Below are positions 1 through 11,896 of a stretch of 64,000 nucleotides of DNA, in pieces. The notes beneath the pieces are model-generated. The model saw only the letters and a program-made list of their open reading frames with translations, did no database searches and was not told where the DNA came from. Source of the stretch: Lama guanicoe (Eukaryota); assembly GCA_013239625.1 (NCBI GenBank), contig MU054212.1, positions 9,968,898 to 10,032,897 of the forward strand. Reading direction: 5' to 3'. The position numbers were made by a program, and so were the translations under genes. The first letter of the stretch is position 1, and every line of letters starts with the position of its first letter.

Positions 1-70
1 CTCCTCCTTTCCTCCTTCTCTCTCTCCCTTCCTCCCTCCCACCTTCCCTCCCCTCCTCTTCTTTCCTCCC
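1..70. repeat. CT-rich low-complexity tract
   Basis: Nearly pure C/T sequence (ctcctcctttcctccttctc...). Confidence 0.9.
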
Positions 71-74
71 GTCT

Positions 75-235
75 CAATTATTCAATTATTTCTGAGTATT
101 CTTCCTGTGCCTGGCACTCTGCTGTACACTGGGGTTGCAAAGATGAGTTAAGTCTCAGTCTATATCCTTAGGGACTTCACAGTCTGGAAAGGGAGTTAAA
201 AAATAATTACTATTCAACATGGCAGTGTTTATAAA
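75..235 (-). mobile_element. L2 LINE 3' end fragment
   Basis: attattcaattatttctgagtatt...tgtgcctggcactctgctg resembles the reverse complement of the L2 3' terminus. Confidence 0.65.
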
Positions 236-239
236 GGAG

Positions 240-480
240 CAGATTTTCTAAAGTAGTGTTTTAAAGAACACTCTTTGGCAGAATGTTAAGTAAGGGTATC
301 ACGAGAAGGAAGTATTTTGAGCTAAAATAAGTTTAGGAAATGCTGGGTTAAGTAAAATTAAGCAAGTTTTTTCCTACTGGGTAATTTTCAGACCCTTTAA
401 ATTGCTAATATGTATGATGAATCTCCAAGAAGGAAAGAGAACATATTTTCCAAAACTATCTGACCTCAGATCCCTTCTTT
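240..480. mobile_element. Ancient hAT-Charlie-type MITE
   Basis: aaataagtttaggaaatgctgggttaa...ttttcagaccctttaaattgctaat...gaatctccaag resembles Charlie-family MITE internal sequence; subfamily uncertain. Confidence 0.5.
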
Positions 481-527
481 TTTCATTGCACACTTAATAA
501 AAGAATTTGTTCTTTCTTATTTTCCCC

Positions 528-1010
528 CATCTCTCCTTCCCTCCATCTATCCATCCATCCCTCCCTCCCTCCTTCCATCCATCATCAATCCACCCCTCCA
601 TCATCCATCCAGTCATCATCCATTCATCAGTCCTTCATCCTTCTGAGTGCCCACTTGGTGCCAGACACTGTGCTGCATCCTGGGAATCCATCAGTAAACA
701 TATCTGTTGAGTTAGTATTTTAGTTGGGGAGATAAACATCAAGCAAATAAACAAATTGTAAGATTTTAAGAGTGTGGTAAGATTCATATAGGAAATAACT
801 AGAGTTCTAAAATGAGAAGGAAAAAAAACCCAGAATGATCTACTTAAGTAGGTGGTTAAGAAAGCTTTCTGTGAGCACAAGCCATTTAAAGAAAGTACCT
901 GGAGAAAGAGAATGAGCCAGCTTTGCAAAGAGCAAGAGGAAGAGCCATCCAGGAAAAGGAAACAGCAAGTGCCAAGACCCTGGAATGCAGATGGGCTTGG
1001 CAAGCTCCAG
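528..1010 (-). mobile_element. L2 fragment with expanded (TCCA)n/(CATC)n tail
   Basis: Degenerate tetranucleotide repeat at 528-640 followed by tgagtgcccacttggtgccagacactgtgctg, an antisense L2 end. Confidence 0.65.
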
Positions 1011-1804
1011 GAATTGAGCTTCCTCCAGGATTGCCGGTCTGCTTAAAGGCAGAAGCTGAACCCGACACGTTTTTAAGAATTAGAATCTCATCATCATGAT
1101 ACCACAGAGTTGGAGGAGACCCTGACACCATCTCTTCCAAATTTCTATCCAAGAGGGTCCCGTCTTTTAAGATACAGGGCTGCCTGCTCTGCTTGGCTCT
1201 CTTTATGGGGTTTCCCCCTTTAGCTGGGAGGTTAATTTCAGCCCCAGAATGTAGCTAGGGAGAGCATTGTTTATGAAATTTCTCTTTCATATGAAATGAG
1301 GACCAGGGAGGCGTCAACCAATGGCTGTGTTTTTAAGGAGAAAACTTCTCTCAGAGATGCACATCCTAATAAAAGTAATCATAGTCAGTGACCTTCCCTC
1401 CATTCCGGATGTAAGAGACAACAAGACTGAAGGAGGAGTATGACAAAGCAACTAGCTGGTTATTCTTGACTCAGTGGCCAAGGAAGGCAACAAGGATAAC
1501 TCTGATTCTTGAAGCCTGAGTGCCCTGCTCCCAAAGCTTTTATCTTTCAATTCTCTCTGCAAGATTAAGCATCCCCAAACACCACTTTTATGGTCTCTGC
1601 CCTGGTTCAAGGAGCTACAATGGATCTTCTTTACTGTCAAATCAACTGAAAACCTCTCTGCTAGACATTCAGGACTATCCATTATTAGCATCATTTTCTT
1701 CTGCCTGACCCTCTGCCTTCTCCTCGCCCCCTCCCCCTTACCCTGCAACGCAACGCCCAGGCATGCACGCACGCACACGCATGCACGTGTGCACCATGCA
1801 GTTA

Positions 1805-1975
1805 GAGCCACAGAGGAAAATAATTCAGACTTCGGTGTCACAGCCCTGGCTTATTCTTCTGCCATGTGCTGGATGCCTGCCTGTGTATCTTGTAGACCTT
1901 CAGCTTCCTCATCTGCATTAACAAATAGTAATACTAATAATATTTTTCAAGTAAAAATACTTGTCACGTTGGGGT
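1805..1975 (+). mobile_element. MIR SINE (diverged)
   Basis: Core-like cttcagcttcctcatctgca...aatagtaatac. Confidence 0.55.
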
Positions 1976-4900
1976 TCCTTGAACTCAGCTGTCACAGTAT
2001 CTTCCGCACTGTGGGCTGGAAAGTGCTCCCCCCTCTGGAAATAAGTTCTTCCATCTTGCTGACTCTCTGCCGGGGTCCCTGCCCTTTGGTTCTCCAGTCC
2101 TCAGTTGGACTTAATGTCTTTACTTAACTATTCACTATTGGTCTTTGAAGAACGGATTTTGGTTTCCATGTGCTGCACCTTTAACAATCTGCTCTCCTCT
2201 GTTCCTAGTCCTTGTTCTCAAGGAACCCAGCATGGTTGAGAGCCTTCGGCTCCTGCTTATTTGGGAGGGAGGGCTGGGCAGTTATTCTCTGAGGTCCAGC
2301 GTTGGTAAGCTGAGACAATCGAGGTCTAGTTCCATCCTCTTGGCTGGTTTTTGCTCATCCAAGAACTCCCCTCATTGGCTGCAGAAGGCACTCCCAGGGT
2401 TTCTGGTCTGTTTCATGCTCTTATGACTTTCATCGGCCACTGATGCAGGCTCTGTGGCTAGAGATGCCGTCTAGTTCCCTTACTTACTGGGACCTAAACT
2501 AATTGAAAGTGAAGATAGAAGAGTTTTGTTCCAAACTTTGAAGCCAGCACATCCTAGTTCTCACCGTAATCTTCACCAGAGCTGTGCCATTCCTAAAGAG
2601 ACTCTTGCAGATCACCTGCTCATCTTTCCTCTTTTTCACTGTAGATGTCACAAGTTCATCGGTGAGTGAGGTTGGGATGTGGGCAGATCATATCCTTTCC
2701 TTGGTGTGGCCAGTGGTTGGGGAAGCCGTGGGGTAAGAGGTGCTTCTTCTCCCATTACCCAGGCTTCCTGGATGTCCTGACCAAGGAGATGGCAATGTGC
2801 AATGTACTGGTCCAGCAGGGGGTGGTCATTGCACCATCTCTGGCTCCGGCGTAGACATGGATCAGTGGCATCAGCATAGATACAGGTCTCTTTCCGTGCC
2901 AGTAGCTGCAGAAGAATAGCCAAGAGAAATGCATTCAATTCTAGGACATGCCTGAGGGTGTTCTTTTCCATGAACTGGTGATTTCAAGCCGCCTGTCCTT
3001 GCTGTAAGAAAATAATTGTTTGGCACTTGGAAATAGTCAGTAAAGGAAGAAGGAGTGCTTTATGTATCCCTTCAGCAGAATTTCACCTCTTTGGTCACAA
3101 CTGAATCACATAATCATCTGAAATAGCAAGAAAGATCAGGGAATGATTTTTGAAACTGGGTGTGTTGCCTCCCTGAATTAAATCGTGGTTCTGTTTGTAG
3201 GAAGGAAAAAGGATAGCATTTGATAGACAACCACAGTGTCAACAACTCTGATCAACACACCGCACCTCTCACTTCTCTGAGTTCCTCCTTCTGCAACCTT
3301 TCATCCCGTACCTGCCTCTTCTCCCTGCTCTTTCTCACCAGCATCCAGATCAGGACTCTAGTGGATGGAAGGCCACCCTAAAGGAACTATAGAACACTTT
3401 CTGTTGGTCTCAGGACTGATGTAAGAAGCATTCTGACCAGTTCTGGGTACCAGAGACCATCTGATAGGGGAGCAATGACTGGCTCTTCTCCTGGATGGGT
3501 GCTGCACCACTCGGAGCCCTTTAAACCAAAAGGAGTCACCCCAGTGGTGCTGTGACACTGCCGTCTCCTTGCATGCCCACCAAGACATCTCCACTGTCTT
3601 CCTTGTCCAGCTGACATGAAACCCCTGACCCTAGGTCCCAAGCTTCTTTTGAACAAAGTCATGACAGACACCCTCCCAGGTACAAAGAATAGGTGTTCAT
3701 TAAGTATTTTGTAGATGGATTAATTGGATTCAGAGCAGAGCAGAATTTTACCTCTTTAAGGAAGCATTTGCCAATTAAGGAAAAGCTAGGAGATGCACCC
3801 TCCCTCTCTGCCTTCTTCCACTATTTAAGTGAAAACACTCTAACCTTTCTCTCTATTCAACCCCATTGCCATTACACATTTGACTGTACATAGCGCTATG
3901 GATAAGGTCCCGCTAGGTGGATTAGCTTAGTGGACTGGCATGTGGATCAAGGTCAGGGGCTCAGTTTCCTGATGGACCATTTTATCCATGACCTCTTGAA
4001 TGGTTTTAGGTGCTACACCGCTTAGCATTGGGTCATTTCAGTGGGGAAACCCATTCTTGCTTCAGATAAAAAGCCGTTAGCATGCGCCATTCAGGTCGAT
4101 CAAGAACACGGTTTTAAATCAAGGCTCCACATTGTGCGTCCATGCTTCTTGAGTGGCCTGAATCAGGGCCCCTGGGATTGGAACACAGTGCTGATAAGGT
4201 GAACTTGCTACATCATTCTGGAACCTAGATACCTCGTCTCTCCTACGTAGCCACAGGTTGACCTTACACTTGCAACCCTTTCACTTCAGATACGAAGATC
4301 CTTTAGTCTGGTCACTCTCTGACACCCTGAATGTTTTTCACTAGGACCTAGGCCCTGGCCTTAGAGTTCCAGGATCCAGGTAGGGTCTAGGCATTGGCAC
4401 TTCTATGTCCCCTCCCTGCCGTAGTAACTCCGACATGCAGCCCAGAGTGTAAACCCCACTCCTGACCCGATCAGGAAATTAAACTCTAAGCTCCTTTATT
4501 CCCATTATGAATGAACCCTCCCAAATCAGTCACAGCTGACCCGACCTCACTTGCACACTGGCTTCCACGGGTCAGCCACTGAGCTGACGTCATAGTAGAC
4601 CCTACATGCCATCCACCCCACACAGAGAGATGCACAACTTCCACTCCATTTGGCCACAGATTTGAATTTTAGCTCTGGGAATAGATAATTCCCTAATTGA
4701 GGTCATAGACCATCTCCAAATCCAGAAAGAATGACTTCTTAGCTTTGGATCCTGACAGTTTCTTCTTAATTCCAACTTCCTACTAAGCTGGCCGCAGACT
4801 GATCCCAAGCTTAGACCCAAAGTTACCTCATAATCATGCTCATGTAAGTCTCTTGTTCTGACCGCCCCTGCACTCTTTCTTTGGTTGTAGATTGCTCCAC

Positions 4901-7900
4901 ACCTGATAAATTACTCATTTATAGCCCTCGCTATAAAGGGAACCCAGGACTCCAGCCTCAGGGCAACCTGGCCATAAACTAGCCACTCAGCCTCAGAAAG
5001 ACCTCTGCCATTGGCTGATGACCTCAACCATCATCACTTTTTAATAAAAAAGTTAAATATATACATATACCAAGAAACTTGTATATTGAACCCTATGTAG
5101 GGAGTGGGTGGGGGGCGTCCCTCAGTACAGCCACTGACTGCATCACCTGTAAAGCTTCTGGCCTCCAACTAGTGAGGCACGTGTTGCTCTCATGTCTAAT
5201 GATGGTCATGTCTTGCGTGTGTTAGGGTCATTCTGTCTTCTTACTGCTGTTTCATGACACAGGGTCGGAGCAGCAAAGATGCAATGAAACAACCCGTGTA
5301 TACAGATTAAAAACTTAAAATGACATGCACAGACTGGGCTGTGCTGTCCCTGCCCACCCTTGGTCTGTAGGCCTTAGAGCAGTAAGATTCACACAAGACA
5401 GGATTCACAACCCAGAGCTGTGATCACTAAGAAGGGCCATTAAAGGTGGTCAGTGTCATCCCTTCCGGGAGCTTCGAGAAGAGAAATCCCCTGGGGTGGG
5501 GACGGCAGAAGACCTGCGCAGCATCCCATTCTAGAAAGGAAGGGTCCTAATCTCCAACCTGCCGGGCTTTGGTGACGAGGACTTGACTGTTTCTAAGAGC
5601 AGCAAGTTGTCGTTTGAGGGTTGGGATTTTAGAAGCATTTGGTGTGATTAGCGTTGAGTGAAGTAGCAGGAAACAGCATCTTAGCGCCTCCGTACTGCCT
5701 TCAGAGGAGCGATGCTCCAACCGCTTGGCTGGCATTCAAGTCTCTGCCCATCATTTCCCAGCCTATTCCGACAATCACAGCTTCCTCTTCTCTCCTTCTG
5801 GAATCTTCTCCAGTCAGACTGAACTCCTCGCTGCTTCCCAAACAGGCCATGTGCTTCCCCCTTCCTTGCATCTGCTCACATTTCTCCCTCCTCTTGGAAT
5901 GCCCTTCCCACAGCCTCCGCGAAAAACACATGCTGTCCGAAACTCGGGATGATAACATGCTGGCCAAACAGGAAGAGTCAGAAAGCAGCGGCCGAAGACC
6001 GAGTCAGCTGGAACGGAAAGGAAAAGAAGGACTCACTCACAATGACCCAGAGTTTGGTACCAAAATGTTCCTGGATGTCTAAACAGCCAATAGAAGAGTG
6101 TGAGCCAGGAGAGATGTCACTCCAACCTGGTCCCCACGCTAATGCTCAGCTCATCCAAAAGGAAAGCTCAGTGGAAACACGTTCAACAAAATTATACATG
6201 CTCATTTCTCAACATCGCTCTCAGCTTTAATCACAGGGAACGTTTGTTTTGGTTTGAGTTTCTCTCGTTTTTCGGTACCACTTTCTCTCCCAAACTAGGT
6301 CATTTGAATTATCTGCTGATAGTTCAAATCTGTAGATAATTTGCTTTTACTCACATTCCTAAGAACTAATTACCTGTACATATAAAATGATGAAATCTCA
6401 TTATATTTTCTTTTAAAACTCTGACATGCACTTAATTACATTAGTCAATTATTACTGTACATGCTGAGGGTTTGCTATTGACCAGCTCGCGTTGGAATAT
6501 TTACTGCACAGATGTGTTACTTTAATTAAACAAATGTGATTACACACATATCAATTTTTATTTGGTTTCAAAGCCCAGAATCTCAAAGTGGTGCAGTTAG
6601 CAAAGCTGTGCAGGGTGGGGCTCGTTCCCAGGAACACGGTGTGAGGCTCTTTACCAAGGGAACGCTGAGTGCCTGCAAGTCTGCGTGGGAAACTCCAGCC
6701 ACAAGTGGGTTTTTGTCGGTATATAAGTGCCATTGAATTAACCCAAGAAAGGAACAAATGAACCAGCTCTGAATCTTCCTAGAACATCTCCAGCTTTGTT
6801 CTCTTACGTCTGGAGCGATGAGGGACCGTGCTTGAAGAACCACGGGAAAGCTTACCCAAATGTCGGTCCATCTGATGATGGGGATGGCTGGGGATTGGTG
6901 CTGGGTTAATAGGTGAGCTGATATTTTAAAATCAGAGGTGAAATGGGACAAACGTTAGAACATTGCAGCTGGTCTCTTGGGCTTTTTCCTGTCATAAACT
7001 ACAGTCTGCCCCCAAACCACGTGGTTAGATGACCATCTCCCAGTGCTTAGCCCCCACCAAGCAGTTAACAACAGGACAGCTTCGAAAATCGGAACGTGCT
7101 TTGTGAACTGAAGTAACGCAGAATTCTCTGTGCCTCTGAGTATAATGATTACATATATCAGGCACTTAATAGTAAATAGTCTTGGGTAGTAATAAAGGCA
7201 ATAAATCAATCCATCAATCAACAGACACTTACCAAGCACTGTATGAGCTGGTTGCTGGCAGGCACATGCAGAAAGGAGGCAGACACTAGTGCAGACGTGC
7301 TGTTTTCCTGTGTCTTCCTTTATTTCACACTGTGTTGTTTTGCAAGGGTGTCTGTGTCTGGACCTCATAGGCATCGCACTTGAAGAACCAATCCAATCGA
7401 TCAAGTTAGCCAAAAGATCTGCTGAAACTGTGTGTCTCCAGGTCTCCTGGATACAGACAGCATATCTGAGGATGAGGCTGGGGAGCAAATGAGATGGGAC
7501 ATGCTTGGATTCCACTATCCTCCCTGAGCGTGGAGAACTCACCCAAATACCAATGGGTGTGCTGTCAACTCTAGGTGAGAGTTTTGCTAAAGGAGAGGCA
7601 GCAAGTTGTCGCAAAAAAATAGAGAGGTCCTAGGCTTTGGGGTGAGACAGAGCTGGACACCAGAGCAGGCAGAACACTCAGTCATGTGGAGTCAACCTTT
7701 TATGATGGTTTCCTCACCTGATGACGAAACCCATCTCCTAGTGTGGTTACAGGGATCACAGACCATGTGTGATGCTCAGGACTTAGTAGGTTCCCAGGAA
7801 ATTGTTGGAGATTTGGGGAGTGAAAGAGGTAGTATGGACCAGCTGGAAAAGGTTGGATGTTGGGAAACTTGTGTCCAGTCCCTTGGCCCATGCCATTCTT

Positions 7901-8165
7901 CCTTTTAGCCTGTTGCATATGTTGGTCCTGTCCCTCCTCAAAGGCAAAACCTATGGTAAATGCATCCGCAGAGTTTTGAGAGCACAAAGGTTCTCTGGTC
8001 CTGTTCCCCGGAAGTGAGTTGCATAAGCTCTTTCAGCTACTCAGTGGCAGCGTTAGGAATCAAATCCAGGTCTCCTTCAAGATAAATGCTCCTTGTATTA
8101 TATTTCTCTGTGGAATGAGTGGTATACACGTCCACAGAAATACGCATTTTAGAAGAGGAATTGGG

Positions 8166-9156
8166 TCCAGTGAAGACATACAGATGGCCAATACGCACAT
8201 GAAAAAATGCTCAATATCGCTAATTATCAGAGAAATGCAAATCAAAACCACAGTGAGGTATCGCCTCACAGTCAGAATGGCCATTATTAAAAAGTCCACA
8301 GGCACGAAATGCTTGGAGAGGTTGTTGAGAAAAGGGAACCCTCCTACACTGTTGGTGGGAAAGTAGTTTGGTGCAGCCATTATGGAAAACAGTATGGAGA
8401 TTCTTTAACAAACCAAAAATGGACTTACTGTATGATCCAGCAATCCCACTCCTGGGCATGTATCTGGCTGAATATGGAATCTGGTAGAATTGGAAATGCT
8501 AATTCAAAAAGACACATGCACCCCAATGTTTATAGCAGCACTATTTACAATAGCCAAGACATGGAAGCAACCTAAATGTCCACCAATAGATGACTGGATA
8601 AAGAAGATGTGATGTGTGTGTGTGTGTGTATATATATATTTATACACACACATATTTATACACACACACACACACATATATGTACACGCACAACAAAAAT
8701 ACTACTCAGCCATAAAAAAGAATAAAACAATGCCATTTTCAGCAACATGGATGGCCTGGAGATGATCATACTAAGTGAACTAAGACAGAGAAAGAAAAAT
8801 ACCATATGATATCACTTATATGTAGAATCGTAAAAAATGAAACAAATGAATTTATTTACAAAATAAAAAGAGACTCACAGACATAGGAAACAAACTTATG
8901 GTCACCAGCGGGGAGATGGAGATTAAGGGATAAATCGGGAGTTCAGGATTTGCACATACAAGCTACTATATATCAAGTAGATAAACAGCAAGGTCCTTCT
9001 TTATAGCATGGGGAACTATACTCAGTACCTTGCAGTAGCCTATAATGAGAAAGAATATGAAAAGGAATATATAAGTACATGTATAACTGAATCACTATGC
9101 TGTACACCAGAAATTAACACAACATTGTAAACTGACTATACTGCAATTTAAAAAAA
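8166..9156 (+). mobile_element. 5'-truncated young L1 (ORF2 C-terminal remnant, 3'UTR, A-tail)
   Basis: Translation [32 protein letters not shown] matches the L1 ORF2p C-terminus; cetartiodactyl-type 3'UTR; exact 13-bp TSD AAGAGGAATTGGG at 8153-8165 and 9157-9169; internal (TG)/(TA)/(CA) microsatellite at ~8610-8690. Confidence 0.95.
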
Positions 9157-9428
9157 AAGAGGAATTGGGGAGGGCAACTATTAATCCAAACTAACAGTGG
9201 CATTTCAGGCACTTCTGTCTCACCCAGTGAGACACTGTTGGGATATACCCATTTTCCTGGTGGGTCTCAGATTATCTCTACAAGGGGCCACCATTTTTTC
9301 CTATGAATTAGACTTGAGTTTTCCAACCCGTGTGGCTTGAAATACTAATCTTCTCCCCCAGTTTGGGGTTATGCAAACTTCTCCAGGTTCCAAGTCCCCT
9401 CTCCTGCAGCCTGGGGTTCCTTAAAATG

Positions 9429-9636
9429 CAGTTAACCCTAGAACAACACAGACTTGAACTGTGCAGGTCCAATTATATATAATTTTTTTCAATGGTAAAT
9501 ATTACAGGATCCCCGGTTGGTTGAATGTTCAGATGTGAAACTGCACATACAGGGGACTGACTATAAATTACATGCAGATTTTCAGGTGTGCAGAAGGTTA
9601 GTGCCCTTGACTGCTGTATTGTTCAAGGGTGCACTG
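9429..9636. mobile_element. Tigger2-derived MITE (TcMar-Tigger)
   Basis: Terminal inverted repeats cagttaaccctagaacaac ... ttgttcaagggtgcactg match Tigger2 ends; ~210 bp. Confidence 0.85.
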
Positions 9637-9714
9637 CATTATTATTTTCCACGTGTGTCATGAAATAAGCAAGCTTGGGAAGCACTGGCCTAACTATGGT
9701 TCAAAAGACAGCTT

Positions 9715-9880
9715 CAGTCTTGGCTTTGCCTTTGATTGGCTAAATAGCCTTAGCATAGCCAGTTCTTTGAGCCTCAGTTTCCTCATCAGCAAAATGGGTA
9801 TAATTTTATTGTGCAGTTTTGCTAATAAGGATTCAGTGAGACAGTCTAATGTAGTGTCTGAAATATCAGAAATGGTCAGT
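9715..9880 (+). mobile_element. MIR SINE
   Basis: tctttgagcctcagtttcctcatcagcaaaatgggtataat MIR core. Confidence 0.75.
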
Positions 9881-11848
9881 AGCAGTGAGTTGAATGTGCC
9901 AGATTTTTTTTTTTTTGATTTATAATTTTGTTTGCTAAAGTGGAGAGTACAGCTTCACTCCTCACAGCTCGGTACATCGTGTCAGGAGATAACTTAGCTG
10001 TTTGAGCTTTGGGCTTTGGCTGTGATCCGTCCATGCCTCATCTCAAGTTCCATTCTGGCTGCCAGCCAAAGTTCTGGTCTGACGTCGTCACTGTGTATAG
10101 TGGAGACTGGGACAAAGGCCCTGAGGTTTCACCTCCCAAAGGAGGTGGGCTTGACCCATCCAGCTCCCTGGCCGGTCATGTCATCCTTTTGCCAGGGCTA
10201 ATTACACTTAAAACCAGACTTGTAGGAAGCAGCATGTGTGCACACACAGCCAAAGCCTGAAATTGCTCACCCCCAAACAAGCTCCCTCCTCCTTCTGCTC
10301 CAGTTCCCCAGTCTTACCAGAAGCGGGGATGGAGTTTGCACCGCGTCTGCTGAGGCAAGGCGATTCCCGAGCCGTCCTCCACCTGGCCCCATCCTGGTCC
10401 TGGACCAGCTCGGCATCGGCAGCTGCACGTCCCCGAGTGGAGAGCAGCCCCGCCGGGCACCCAGACTTTCCTCCCTGTGTGGGTCAGTGTGGGTCGAACC
10501 CAGCTCTTCGAGGGGGTGAGGGTTGGGCTGCTCGCCCACTGTACCTCATTATGTATTCCTTCATTGTTTCCTATGCAAATTAAGTTAATGAGAATTAGGA
10601 ACATAATGGAGCCCATTCACCGTTCTAGTCGCTAGAAAATGGGTTTGACTACCAATTTTCCATTACAGCTGTTTTGTAATTACCGTGGAATACTCTGAAT
10701 TCTAATGGAGACGCGGAGCTGCCTGACAGCCTCTCGACTACGTTGTTTTTTTTTAAACGAAGGTTTTGGGAAAAAAAAAAAAAGGAAATCCAAACCCTAT
10801 AACATAAAAGCTTTTCAGAGTGCCCCTGTGAAAGTCTCCTCCAGCACTGCGGAAGGTTCTGCCTCCATTGGTGGCATTTCCTGACCTCTCCTCGGGTTAG
10901 ATTAGTTACCTGGTGGTCCCTGACTTATCCCTCGCCTTGGAAGCAAGCAAGGCAGGGCTTGGGGTGACATTCAGCCAGGAAGTGCCCCCCGAAGTGGTCA
11001 GAGCAGCCCGGGGCTAACGGCAGGCACTGCCCCCTGCTTGCTCTGACCCCCTCCCCACCCGTCCCCCCACAGGTCCTAGGACCACGGACCTTACTCACCT
11101 GTTGCTAAGTTGTGGGCACTTATGATTATATGCGTATGATTAGAGGGGTAATCCTTGAAATAAAAAAAGAGTCCGTCGTTTTTAGCACCAGAGACTCCAG
11201 GGAGAAGAACATATTAAAAGTCCAAACAGTTGAAATTTGCCAGTGGTTCCAAATGACTGGAGCACAAGCGGCAGGGGCTGAGGGTGGGGCTGACAACTGC
11301 GAGCACAACGGAGGACAGTGTGCTGAACTAAAACCTCAGGGCTTTACTCCCAAGGCCTCTTAAGCAGAGGACAGACACGATGAGCATTTTAGTTTAGAAG
11401 GATACTCCGGTTACAGGACGGAGACGGGATTTGAACAGAGGTACCTTGGGATGAGGTTGCTTTGGTTACAGGACGTATGAAACCCAGGTCCGGGGCCAGG
11501 GCAGTTGTATGTTGCCTCTGATCAATGGGGAAATCGTGACGGCTTGAACTAAAGAGGTGCCAGTTGGGATGGAGAGAAATGGATGGACTCTGCAGGTGTT
11601 TGGGAGGTAGAGTTAAGTCTGATGATTAATTGAATATTGTGTATTGCAGGGCCCGTAGGGGAGTTTGAGGGCTCCTCTTTGGATTATTGAGTGATGCATC
11701 TCTCAAAGATATAACAATAAAGAGCTAAAATTTAGGGGAGAATATACTACACGTCAGGCACTGTGTTCTTTTACGTGTACAACTTGTATCAGCTTCACAA
11801 TAAACTAATGATGTAAGAACTATTGTTAACCTAAGAGAAGTCTCTGGG

Positions 11849-11884
<36 letters not shown>

Positions 11885-11896
11885 AAGAGAGAGAGA
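11849..11896. repeat. Compound (GT)13 plus (GA)n microsatellite
   Basis: Read directly from the sequence. Confidence 0.95.

Noticed and set aside
3910..4100. Possible ancient tRNA-headed SINE (MamSINE1-like)
   Set aside because: Too degenerate to call by eye
6955..7614. Longest ORF (219 aa, minus strand)
   Set aside because: No recognisable domain, non-ATG start, composition typical of a chance ORF
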